Assembly: GCA_002104945.1 (NCBI GenBank) | Contig: MCFH01000013.1 | Coordinates: 310,001 to 374,000, forward strand | Direction of reading: 5' to 3' | Origin: Piromyces finnis finn | Lineage: Eukaryota; Fungi; Neocallimastigomycota | Length of the DNA stretch: 64,000 bases | In this document: positions 45,828 through 59,149 of the stretch, piece by piece | Layout: every line of letters starts with the position of its first letter | How positions within the stretch are numbered: the stretch's first letter is position 1 | Program-made: the position numbers and the translations under genes | Notes under the pieces: generated by a model | Told to the model about the DNA's origin: nothing | The model's input: the letters and a program-made list of their open reading frames with translations, nothing else | The model's database searches: none

Positions 45828-46394
45828 AAGAAAGAAAGAAAAGAAAAAAAGAAAGAAAAGTATACTTATTATTTTTAAAATTTTCTTTTAATTTTTTTTT
45901 TAAAAAAAAATACATTTTAGAAATAATATTTAATTCATGCTATTCGTTCAAATAATTAATGGGTGATTCTATATGAAATAAGAGAAAATATAATAAAATA
46001 ATAAAATAATAATAATAATAATAATAAATTTTATAATACTATAATTACAAAAATAAAAGGAAAAAGAAGAAATTTTAAATTATTATTCATATAAATAACT
46101 GAGAATGAATAAATGACTTTAAAAAAAAAAGAAAGAAAGAAAGAAAAAATACTGGAAAACAAATAATTGTTTTAAATTTAAATCAAAAGAATTAGAGAAA
46201 ATTTAAAATTATAGTTTAATAATCGTATAAATAATAAAATAGGTTTTTTTCATTTTTATTTTTATTTTTTTTTGTCTTTGATTTTTGTTTTTTTGTTTTT
46301 CTTATTTCTTTTTTTTTTTAATTAATAATCATGATAATAAGAGCAATAGTATTGTTCTTAGAAATGGATTAATAATATATCAAATAAATATAAT

Positions 46395-46396
<2 letters not shown>

Positions 46397-46446
<50 letters not shown>

Positions 46447-46470
46447 TTAATATTAATAATAATAATAATA
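46397..46470. repeat. (AAT)n microsatellite
   Basis: aataat run with two interruptions, in the intergenic region between convergent genes. Confidence 0.9.
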
Positions 46471-46867
46471 AAAATGGAATAAAATAATAAAAAAAATAAA
46501 AATAAAATGTTTAGTAGACTTAAAGAATAATTATATAAATATTTGAAAAGCTACAAATAATAAGAAAACTTTATTCATTTTTGTACTATAAAAGTAATAA
46601 AAACACACTATAGTATTTAATTATTGAATTTTTAAAAAAAATAAAATCTAAAAAGTTATTTTTATTTTTTGTTTTTGTTTTATTATTTTTCTTTTCCTTT
46701 TACATCTTTTACATTGATTATTAATTATTGATTATTAATACTTTAAGTAAATAATAGATAATAGAAGATTTTATGATTTTTTTTTTCTTTTATTGAATTG
46801 TTATCCTAACAGACTTATAATATAATTTAAAAAAGAAAAAGTATTATAATCAAAAAACTTGTTTTTT

Positions 46868-47751
46868 TTAATAATAGAATTGCGGATATTTATCAACAGC
46901 ACGTTTAAATCTAAATAAATAGGCGCTAAACATAATTATTATTGTTTTTTTTCCATATAATTATAAAATAAAAAAAAATTGATATTAATATTATTAATAT
47001 TATATATTATCATTATATATATTTATATATATAATTATAAATCTAATATACCTAAAAAATATTAGAACGGATTGTATTAATAAAACAAAACCTGCCCATA
47101 AAGTATAATTTTTTGACGAATATTTAGCAAAGAAAATCCAGAAAGATGAAATCAAACTACTGAAAGTTACAGAAAATGCAATTAACATAATAAATCTTCT
47201 AAAGGTGGATAACTCCTTTCCAAATAAATCAGCATTCATACTATTTTTTGGAATAATATTGACACTATTTGATTTGATATAGTGTTTTATGTATTTTTTT
47301 TTTCCATAGAAATAATATTATAGAGTATAAATAAATATTGCCTTTTTTATGTATTTTAAATTATCCATAATGATTTATTAATGATTTTTTAAATATAAGA
47401 TACATTACAAAAAGAAGCCAACAGTTCCAAGAATTCCTGGTATAAATGATACTATTGATTTCATATCTCCTTTATTATTATTTCTATTTTTATCCCAAAT
47501 ACATATATCAATAAATAACCACCAGGCTAATCCAAACTTTTAAAAAGTACAAAGATTTAGGAAACATATATATAATATATAATAATCATAGTCATATATC
47601 ATTGTTGAGTTTTGAATTTATGCAAAATACATTAAATATTAATTTATTTCCTTCCATAAAAGGCAACTTATATAAATATAAAAAAAAAAAATTAAAATAT
47701 TACCAATACACCGGTTATTGTACACCAAAATTGTGTTGAACTTTTTCTCAT
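46868..47751 (-). CDS. VPS68: UPF0220 family four-TM protein (Vps68/TMEM50); 4 exons
   Basis: Spliced product MRKSSTQFWCTITGVL|FGLAWWVFID...IPGILGTVGFF|FVNII...FRRFIMLIAFSVTFSSLISSFWIFFAKY...WAGFVLLIQSVLIFF|SAYLFRF matches the TMEM50/Vps68 pattern (WWxxID, GxxxTxxF, LIASxWI, QNxxIF). Confidence 0.8.
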
Positions 47752-48908
47752 TTTTTATTTTTAATATAATATTTATAAAATATAAAAGAAAATAAGAATG
47801 AAAAAAGACTACTTGGTTATTTTCTTTTTGTTAAATATAATTAATATTTTAATTAAGAAATTTTGGAATTAGAATAAAATAAAAAATAAAACACAAAATT
47901 TACTAATTATATCAAAATATTGAATCTTTAATTAAAATAATAAAATGATAAATATAATATATTTTTTATAATTATATAAATTATAGACTTTATAAACTTT
48001 AAATTTGATTATTCATAACTTTTCTTTTAATTAAAAAAAAAAAAAAAAAGTAAAAGAATAAATAATATTAATATTTATGCTTATATTTTACCAGACTACA
48101 GTATTCATTATAATATAGGTAATGCTTAAAAAGATTAATTAAATATAAATGGCCTTATCATAATAGCAATAACAATTCAATGATTAAATATATGTAAAAT
48201 ATAAATTCCTTTCTTTTTTTTTTTTTTTTTTTTAAAAAAAACTTTTTCAAGTTAAACTTTTTTAAATATATTAATTTTAATTAACTTTTTTTTTCTTTGT
48301 GACATTTTTACTTTTAACAATTATAGGTATAACAATTTCTAACAAATCAAAAAAAGCACCTTGATAAAAAAGAGAATATATATTGATTGATATTTTCATT
48401 AATTGTTTTGTTTTTATTTTCTAAATCTACAATCGTTTTTTTTATTATTATTATTTTTAACAATATTTAACAACATATATTTTAATATCATCAAAAATAT
48501 TTTTTAATTAATAATTTTATTAAATTAATTTAATTTTTTTTTTTTTTTTTTTTTTTTTCTTTAATCTTAGGAATAATAAGTAAAGCTGTATATGTATATA
48601 TATATAAAATTAAAAAGGAAATAACTATCATTAATAATAATAATAATAATAAAAAGTGTTTTTGAGTATTATTTATATATTAACTTTAATAGTTTTAATG
48701 ATTTTTATTTTTCATTTTTTAAAATAATAATAAAAAATCTTTTTAAATAAAAGGAAAATAATTAATTAATTGTATATTAATACTGTTTATTCACAATCAT
48801 TCCATTTTAAAAGTAAATAATTATAATATAAACCTTACATGTTATAAAATAAAATATTCAAAAATTTTTTATATCTATCATTATAGCTTTTATATGAAAT
48901 AGAGTAAT

Positions 48909-50089
48909 TTAAATGGCATAACGATTAAATGTACCCCGGCATAAATAATTCTGAGAATCATCTTTATCATTAGATTTGGTATACATGCTTTGAATAGCTT
49001 TAGAGGTCTTTGACTTCATTGCCTTTTTATTAATTTCAGATAAATCAGGTAAATTAAGATTAATATTTGATTCTGCTGTAGAGGATGTTTTTTGTTTTTT
49101 AGATTCGTGTTCAGCCACTAACTTCTTTTTACTGCTTTTATGTGATGTGGAGTCAGAATTGGAGTCATCGTCTAATCCATGCTTCTTTTTTTCTTTTTCT
49201 GCCTTTTTGGCTAATTTTGCTGCTTTTTTAGCTAATTTTTTTTCATGTTCTTTCTTCTTCTTTTCTTCTAGATAGCGGTCTAATTTTTCCTGTAAGGATT
49301 CTATTACCTTTGGATCCTCTGAATTTATTGGAATAATATCATCTGAATTATATGACTTATTACATTGTAAACATACCGTTGATGGTACCTCTTTTAATGC
49401 TTGCTCGGAAAATACACATCCACATGGAAGATATACAAATTTATATTTACCACTCATTTCTTTCATAGTAATTGGACACACAAATTGTGGTATTAAAACG
49501 TCATTACCAACAGTGCTTGAGATAATGGAGGAATGCTTATTATTTGCTGTATATGCTGGGTTAGGGGTTAGTTTTAAGGTTGTTACTTCCTTTATTATTT
49601 GAAAATTACATTGAATGTTAATGAAATATATTTGTTAAATAAATAGAAATTTCACATATTGTTAAATTTTTTGATTATTGTATATATATATATATAATAA
49701 TAAATTTAACAGTTAATAAAAATAGTTAAAAAAAAAAATAATAAATATTACATAGACATCATTATTAAGATTTGGTATAAAAAGAAAATAATAATTATTA
49801 TTTTATTATATTTTTTTTATTAATTATTTACCTTTATTGATGTAATATGTTTACAAATCTTATCACCATCTCCGAATTCTTTTTTATTTAATAAATATTT
49901 TATAATTGCATCTTTATTGTAAAGCTTTCCTAATTTACATGAAACAATTGGTTCTTTTAATGGAGTTTTTGATAATGCACAATAATACCAATTAGCAATT
50001 AATTGTTCAGTTTTATCAACTTGCTTATCTTTCTTTTTTGTTTTAACCAATTCATCACGTTTTGGAATTGTACCTCCATCACAACCCAT
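48909..50089 (-). CDS. RTF2: Replication termination factor 2 (Rtf2, RING-like); 2 exons
   Basis: MGCDGGTIPKRDELVK, W..CALSKTPLKEPIVSCKLGKLYNKDAII, FVCPITMKEMSGKYKFVYLPCGCVFSEQALKEV and C-terminal YLCRGTF. Exons 50089-49832 and 49589-48909. Confidence 0.95.
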
Positions 50090-50494
50090 TTTAAATTATT
50101 ATATGTATTAAGAATATTTAATATTGATAAAAAATGTTTTGGTATATACTTTAGAACTGTTTTATTTATTAACAACTTAGTTGTACTTCAAAGTGATAAT
50201 TTCCTTAAATTTAAAATTTCTAGCAATGATACAGAATATAGCTTAAAATAGCCTATTTATAACTATATCGTATATTGATTATTTTATTCTTTATATTTCT
50301 TTTATTTAAATTTATACTTATTAAAATTATAAATCTTTAATTTTTTAAAAGATTATAAAACTTTCAAAATTTTAATAAAGAAAAAAAAATATATATATAT
50401 ATTTAAAAAAAAAAAAAAATTAAAATAAATTTTGTATATATATATATTTTTCTATGTTTTTAACTTTAAAAAATTTTTAATTTTTATTGAATAA

Positions 50495-51996
50495 ATGTTA
50501 ATGACAGATAGTAAAGAAGCTTCAGCTGATTTCTGGAATGAATTTCAAACAGAAAAAGAATGTAAAATATAAAACAATTATAATTTTACTATATTTTTTA
50601 GTCATACCAATAAATAATATATATATATATATAAAATGTTTTTTTTTTTTTTTTTTTTTTTTTTTTCATTCAGCTATTTTAAGTACTTTGACCAATTTAA
50701 ATAGTTCAATTCCAGCTTTAAAATTAAAAAGTGAATTTAATACTATTTTAAGTAGAATTAATAATTTAGAAAAAAGTGTTATTGCGGCTTCTATTTATTT
50801 ACCACCTCATGATAAGGAAACATGTTCTCAAGTAATCTATTGTTATATAGTAATTAATATTATTAATTTATTAATAAACACTTAATAACAATTTTATTAT
50901 TTTTTTTTAAAAAAAAAAAAAGCAAATAAAACAATTAAATGAAGAATTAAATAAGAGAAAGGTTCTTTTAACCCCAAAATCAAAATTTTCATTCAAATCA
51001 AGAAACAAAATAAAAAAAAATACAGAAGTTGTTAATAATATATCTAATGTTTCCGCAAATATAAATAACGATTCAAAAGGTTTAATATTCTACCATATAG
51101 TATAATTATCCATTTGTATAGTTATATATTTAATAACATTTTCAACCAAATATATTTCTTATTTTATTTGTATATTCTGCTCTATATACTCTATTTATAT
51201 AAAAATACCAAAAAGAAATTGTTAATAATGTACCAAAAAATGCTCTTCAATTTTCTAATAAATCAAATACCTATATAACACCACAAGAAGATATACAAAA
51301 TACCACCAAAGATGTTTATTTAAATGACTTGGAATCTTGTGTAATTGATTTAGTTAACATAAAATTCGATATAGCAATTTTACAAATGAATAGAATAAAA
51401 AATTGTATTGTTTTCGTCAAACCAATTAAATCTTCAATGATAATTGATAATTGCAACGACTGTTACTTTGTATTGGCATGTCATCAAGTAAATATAACCC
51501 TTTTTTGAAAATTTAAATAATAATTATATATAAATTTAAAATGTAATTTATTAAAATTAGAATTTTATATATTAATTATTTGAAATACTCGTTTTTATAG
51601 TTTAGAATGCATGATTCAAAAAATATTGAAGTTTATTTACATTGTTCAAGTCATCCAATTATTGAAGACTGTACTGGAATTCATTTTTCTAAATACCAAT
51701 TACCAGTTAGTAATATTGAAGAAGTATTCAAGGTAAGCAAAAAAAAAAAAAAAAAAAGCAAAAATTAAAGTTTTATTAAATATATTTTTAATAACCATTA
51801 CTATAATATTATTAAATAGATTGCCAATATCGATATAAATAATAATCAATATGATTTAGTAGAGGATTTCAAATGGTTGAAGCAACAAAAATCACCAAAT
51901 TGGGATATTATAAACGAATCAGATATAAAACCATTGATATTTTTTGAAGATAAGAATAATATTGAATTATGGAAAAAAACTTATTTACTACAATAA
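50495..51996 (+). CDS. TBCC: Tubulin-specific chaperone C (TBCC); multi-exon
   Basis: Spliced segments YLPPHDKETCSQ|QIKQL...PKSKFSFKSR (TBCC N-domain), SSMIIDNCNDCYFVLACHQ|FRMHDS...SHPIIEDC and VEDFKWLKQQKSPNW (TBCC domain). ATG at 50495, TAA at 51994-51996. Confidence 0.88.
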
Positions 51997-52514
51997 ATAA
52001 CACAAAGGAATATAAAAAATATACATGTAATAATACTATATATTTATTAATAGTACAAAAAAGTATTACATTTAATTTTATCGATAAGGAAGAATAAATT
52101 GTTTTTACAATTATTTTTACTATTATAAAAATATAAATAAAATAACTGAAATTTCATAGTAATAAAAAAAGAGATAATAAAAACGAATATTTAAAATATT
52201 AACTTGTATTTGAAATATTGGAAGTTAGTAACATACATATTTTTTTTATATATTTACTTTATTTGTTTGGTATTATTATAATAATAATAATAATAAATAA
52301 TAAATAATAATTTAATTATGCTAATAATAATAATATAGAGGCTTTTTTTATAAAAAGATATTTTTTTTTTTTTGTTTAAAAATTTTATATTAATTTAAAT
52401 TTTTAATGTTTAATTATATATAACATATAACATATTTTTCTATTTGTTATTTTATTTATAAACTTTCATGTTTTAATTTATATTTTTATTAACAAAAAAA
52501 TGGTGTATAAATAT

Positions 52515-55500
52515 TTAATCAGCATTTCCTTCAGTAACAATTAAAAATAAGAACGATGAAAATAATAATTGAGAAAATTTGCTATTCTCAACTTCTAATT
52601 TGATTTCCCATTTTGTCTCACGAACACCTTTTTTTATTGGTTGTCGACCAAGTGCCTCACCTATACAACGTTGATTATGCTCATCATTATCAATATTAGT
52701 TTCTAATATAATCCATTGATGATCCTTAAAATCGCCAGTTAAACAAAATTGAGGAGAACCGTAAGGAGTCACGATTTGAACTTTCTTTTTAGATATATAT
52801 TGAACTGTACCCAATAATGAATATTTTGTTTTTATACTATAAACTTTAGTACTTGGTAATTCCTTTAATATTTCTATATTTTGAGTTTCTGCATATTCTG
52901 TACGATTATCATGAACTATTATTTTATTATTTTTATATTTATCTTTTGAAGAAGAAAAGAATGACCTAAATAATGTTAAAAAAACTATAATTAGTAAAAA
53001 AGTAAAAAAAAAAAAAAAAAAAAAAGATATTTCTTTAATTATTACTAATCTATAACAGTAATAAAAAATTATATACGTTTTTTGGTCCCAGTTGGATAAA
53101 TCTACATTAAATAATTCAATTCCTGATTCTAATTTAATAATAGTTTTCCGTACTTTACTTCCTGCTGATATATTTATAAAGTATACATCACGTTCTTTTA
53201 TGATATCTGAGGCAAGGTTCTTTTCCATTTCTTTCTTTAATTTTTCGCTTTGTTCAAAGATTTGCTTTTCGATATCTCTTTTTTGTTTTTCCAATTCTTC
53301 TTGTTCAGGATTACTAATATTAATAAAATTGTTATTATTAAATCCACTTTATTATAATAAAAAAAATAATATTATATTTACTCTGCTGGGGTAACTGCAT
53401 CATAATTCTTATATAAGTTTATATTTAATGAATTAGATAAAATGACTTGGAATTTTACACATCTATGTTTTGCTAAAGCAAATAATTAAAATAATAATCC
53501 TAGAATATTAATTTTTTTTTTTTTGTGATAAAAAAGTAATCTAATATTTTATATAAAAGGAATACTAAAGTTGAGAATAGTTACGATTTTCTGGTAATTC
53601 CATTTTCGGACTAATCATTCCACCTTCGAAAAAATCTTGCCCAAACTGAATAAAGTCACCACTTTTAATTTCATGAGGTTCACATTCTTGGCCAAATTGG
53701 CATATTCTAACACCATTTAAGAAAGTTCCACCATTACTACCTAAATCTTTTAAGAATATCTAATATTTTTATAATATATATTAAATTTTAACATTTTATT
53801 AAAAAAAAAAAAAAGTAAATATATATATATATATCTTATATATTAAAACTATAATTATTATTTATATAGTATGTATACTTTTCCATCTTCATTCCATATT
53901 TCTGCATGAGTACGTGATATCACTAGACTTCTAAAGGTCATGAAATTTTCAACATTATTAACATTAGAACGGCCAAAGTAAATAGGTTCATTTAAATCTA
54001 TCGTACAAATTTCAAACATATTATTTAATGGAACTAAAACCATTTGCAGATCAATCAATTCACCTTCACTATTTCTAACAAAGTAATCTTCATAAAGATA
54101 ACTTCTTCTATCCATACCTTCATTTAATTTAACACATTTATCAAAGTTGTTAATAAATTGAACATTTGCACTTAAAAGTTCAGTAGCTTCAGTTCCAGAA
54201 CTAGTTGTACTAATATTAGATCGACGGGATTGTAAAGTTGGTCTTGTAGAGAAATGAGGGGAAAAAGCATCATTACGATTAAGAGATGAATAATCGTTAA
54301 TAGAAGATGATGATATATTTCTACGATGTTGAGAACGGCTCATTGAATTTAATTCATTATAAATATTATCTATTTGTTTTTTAATACCATCCTGACTATA
54401 ATTATTTACCATAGCACGAATAGCTGGACTAGATTTATTTGGTTTCAATATACTCTGATGAGATAAAGTTGGATCACTTTCTTGACGTATATGGTAAGGA
54501 TGATCTAAACTTGGACCTAAAGCTATGTTTGAGCTAGGACCCGTGTTTGGACCAGGACTTGGACTAGAACCAGGTACAGGTCGACCTTTATTAACAATTC
54601 TTGGTGAATTAGAAGGACTATTGGATAATAAAGGATTTTGAGCATAAGAAGCACTACATGATCTTTTTCTAGTAATTCCCTGAGATGGTTTTTTATCACA
54701 TGGAACGGCCGAATGAATATTTTCTGGTTCAGAAAACAAAGGTGTTTTAGCAAATTCCATATTAGAGGAATAAGGTGTTCGTACGGGCTTTTCATAATTA
54801 GAATTAGAAGATTGTTTTCTTGGAACTCTTGTAGCAGGATCATAATTTACGAGTTTTGGTGTTTTAGAACCGTTAGAAGATTGATATGGATTACTAATAT
54901 TTCTTTGTCTTCCTAAAATATTAGGATGGTTAGATTTTGTCCCTGAATCTACTGATACAGCCGAAGGAATATTATCTATACTTGAAGTTCTTATTCGATT
55001 AGCTTTACAATTTCCAATGAATGGTGAATTTGCAGTAGACGAAGAAGGTTCAGAAATCATTGAACGATCACCTTTCAAAATAGGCGGTTTTTCGTGAGAA
55101 TCTAAACGCTTTGGATAAATATCAACATTTACTTTTACTGTGGGTTTCACATTTCTAACATCTTCCATACTACAATTTTTTCTTAAATTCGGTATTTTTA
55201 TTTCATCCTTTATTTTTATATTATTTAAACTTTTTTCTTTTCTTACATGTGGATTATCAAGACTATCTTTTCTTTTATATTCATCTAAATTAATACTACT
55301 ACGACTAGTTTTTCTTGATTCATTACCATTACCAGGTTTATTCAATTCAATTTCATGACCATTCTTATCATTAAGATCATTTCCATCTATTTTTCTACGA
55401 TCATTTCCATTGTTATTTCCAATTTCATCCATTCTTCGACGTTCACAACTCTTTTCCCGATCATATCTTCGTCTACTATCAGTACTACTAGATCTACCAC

Positions 55501-56932
55501 TCTCCATTCTTCTTCTTCTTTCTTCTTCTATTCTCCTACGATCACAACTTAAATCCCGTATGCTATAACTTTCATTAGGATCCATTCTTCTCCGATCACG
55601 ACTCTTGTCACGACTTTTATCACGTCCTCTACGAGGATCTTCACTTCCTCCTCTCATAAAACTTTCATTACCACTACAATTACCTTCCATTCTTCGACGT
55701 TCTGAACTTATGTCTCGTATACTATAACTTTCATTAGGATCCATTCTTCTTCGATCACGACTCTTGTCACGACTTTTATCACGTCCTCTACGAGGATCTT
55801 CATTTCCTCCTCTCATAAAACTTTCATTACCATTATAATTACCTTCCATTCTTCGACGTTCACAACTTTTTTCACGATCATACCTTCTTCTATCATCCAT
55901 TTCTCTTCCTCTACGTTCATCTGCACCACTATCTTTTCTATTGGTATTTATTGGTCGAGGACCCATTCTTCGATCTTCAGGAGGAGGAGGTCCTCGTCTT
56001 CTATCCACACTGTCATCTCTCTCTCTCAATTTTGGATCAATATTATTTTCTCTTGACTGAAACTCTTCACGAAATTTCATCATTTCATCCTTTCTTTCTT
56101 CTTCAAATCCAAAAGGTAATGGTTTAGGGGTATAAGAAAGACCACTACCATTTGGATGATTTATAACTACTACATTATTATTTTTATTATTCATAATATT
56201 ATTGTTATTATTATTAGTAAGTGAAGGAAAGACTTCATTGGAAAGACTACTTTTACTACTTCCTTTACTCGAAAGAACTTTTTCATTTTCCAGTGTCTGT
56301 AATGCAGGATTAGAAAGGCATGACAAAGTACTAGAACTTTGATTAAAATTTGGATTAATTGTCATATTTGGATCATTATTTAATGAAGAAGTACTTTCAT
56401 TATTTCCTGCAAAACTAGAAAGATTAAGTAAACTTTCAGAAGCATCTGGATCATTATCGTTAATGGGACTATTATTATTTATACAAGCACCCAATACTTG
56501 TTCATTATAATCTTCTACTGCCATTTTCACAGTAGAAAGAAGATTAATAATAATTAATGGGAGAGTACTTAGCCCTTCATTACCAATACCAGATCTAGGG
56601 GTTTTACCATCTAATCCTTCTTTTGTTGATTCTGAAGTAGAATTGACTTCAAATTTTTTTCTATTTATTTCACTTACAATATTTTCTATTTTTTGAATGT
56701 AAGTGTTTGGATTTCTTTCTTTAAATCCATTAATAGCTATTCCAACTGTAGAACAATGGCCCTTCAATATTCCCCATTGCTCATTAAATTTATCAATTTG
56801 GCTATACACAATGTTATTTTTATCATCATAAATTTTTTGTGCAGTGGAAACGAGGTTTTGGGCCTCTTTTGCAAATTTTGTTAATAAAATATTGACCAGA
56901 GCAATATTATTATTATTTGTTATATTTTCCAT
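52515..56932 (-). CDS. Large FHA-domain protein (about 1346 aa) with Arg/Asp-rich repeats and an unassigned, possibly Tubby/LURP-one-like C-terminal domain; 5 exons
   Basis: Exons 56932-53879, 53759-53585, 53472-53382, 53346-53077 and 52965-52515 join in frame. FHA signature PIYFGR...FRSLVISRTHAEIW...|IFLKDLGSNGGTFLNG...IKSGDFIQFGQD...KHRCVKFQV. Confidence 0.85.
55544..55861 (-). repeat. 159-bp (53-codon) intragenic tandem duplication
   Basis: Two near-identical copies, 55861-55703 and 55702-55544, encode ERRRMEGNxxGNESFMRGGxEDPRRGRDKSRDKSRDRRRMDPNESYSIRD. Confidence 0.95.
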
Positions 56933-59149
56933 TGAATTATCGAATTTTATATATTTAAATTCAACATATATTTAAATTTTTGGAAAGATAATTAAATAAA
57001 AAAAAAGTAGATATAAAAAAAAGAAAAAAATTATAATAATAAAGAATTAAAAAAATAGAGAAATTATAAATAAGAGATATTGAAAATTATATATATCGAT
57101 ATATGAATAGTAAATTAGGTATTTTTAAAATTTTTTGATATTTTTAAAGCTGGTTGACAAATATATATATATTATATTCCTTTTTTTTTTTTTTTTTTTC
57201 CAATTTCAATCTTTATTTTTTTTTTATTATTTCCAATTTTATATATATAAATGAAATGTTATAAATAAAACAATATCTCTTTTATTTTATGTTTATATGA
57301 ATAATCGTTTGTTAATCTTCAAAAATGATGTTCCATTATATATAATACTGAAAAAAAATTTTTTCTTTTCCATAAAATATATATCTTTATGTTTATAAAA
57401 ATTTTTCTTTTTTTATTTTCAATTCCAGAAAAAATCTTTTATATAAAATATAAATAAAAATAAATGGATAAATATAAAAGTTAATGAATATGAGATAACT
57501 TTCATTAAAAATAAATAATAATTATTATTTTATATAAGAACCATTTAATTTATTATTTTATAAATAAAATGTTTATATTATTTAAAAAAAGAAAGACATT
57601 TGAGTATTTTCATACATTTTATATATCAATCAATATTATAAAATTCTTCATTTTAAAAATTCCATTAATATTTACGAATTTTTTTTTCAAAAAATATTTA
57701 ATATATAATTAATAATAATAAAAAAAGGTATATTTAAATTTAATTATTATATATATTGTTTTTTGTTTTTATGTTCTTTTATATAATGATCTTTATATTA
57801 ATATAGTTTATATATGACATATATAAAAATTGAATATATAAAGTAATTACTCTGATATTTTTTTTTATTATTATTTATAATAGATTTTCATAATGCTTTT
57901 ATTTTTCTTTAAAAATTAAAAGGTTATAAATGGCAGATTTTTAATAGTATTATGTTTCATAAATATTTTTATATATTAATAAAATTTTAATATATATAAG
58001 AAATAGCAAAAATATCAAAATTCATTATTTATTGAATATAAGTATTCATTTCTTACATATTATTATTTTATTTTATTTTATTTTTATTTTAAATATAAAA
58101 TACCATTCCTATATGGTTATTTTCTTTTTATATATAATTTTTGCGTAATGTTTTTTTTTTTTTTTTTATTATAATTTTGACTTTATTTTACTATAAATTA
58201 TATTTTAAAATTTAAACTTTTGTTATATATAGTAGTATATTAATATTTTATATTCAATTAGATTATATGATTATTTTTTTTATTTCTCTTTCTTTTTTTT
58301 TTTTCCTTTTTTTTCTTTTTTTATTATCAAATGTCTAATGTTTCCTACATCAAAAGTATATTTAATACTATTTATTCCTATACAAAAAATTTTATTTATT
58401 ATTAATCTTTGTTATATGAATTTTCCATTAGAATAAAACTTCAAAATCATTTTTTTTTTTTATTTTAGTAATTAACAACTCTGAATTATACCTGTTAATT
58501 AACCACCATATTTATAAATTCTATTTAGAATTTAAAAGTTATAATAAATTTTGAAATTATATCAAAAATATATCACGAAATACTATATAAAATAGTTATA
58601 TATGTTATTAATACATAAAACATTTCATATTAATAGTTTCTAATATTTTTTTTATATATATAATTATGTATATATCTTTAATATTTTTACTTTCAATCAT
58701 ATTATTTATCTCTTAATTTATATCAAAATTATATTTATGTCTACTATTTAATATCAATTATTAGTTTTATATTTCTCACATTAATATAAAAAGTTATAAA
58801 TTATTTTAAATATTAATAGATAACAAAATATTTTAAAATAAAAAAAAAAGAGTTTTTTTTTTTTTTTTTGTAATTTTTAAAACAAAAAATGCTATTTTTG
58901 TCTTTATTAATTATTAAATTACATTCTATTTTAAAATAGATTGAATGTTTTTTTTTTTTTTAATAATAAAAGTCCGTTTTTCATGATTAATATTTGTTTT
59001 TATTGCTTGAGTTGTATGTTTTATTTATTTTAAATATATTATTTTGTCTTTACTTTATTTTCTATTTAATTTTGACCCTTTTTTATTATATATAGAAATT
59101 TCTTATATCCTATTTTTAAATTTTAGTTTTTTTTATTCTTTTATTATTT

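Noticed and set aside
45733-46482. Phe-rich and Ile-rich short ORFs
   Set aside because: They are translations of poly(A/T) and (AAT)n low-complexity DNA.
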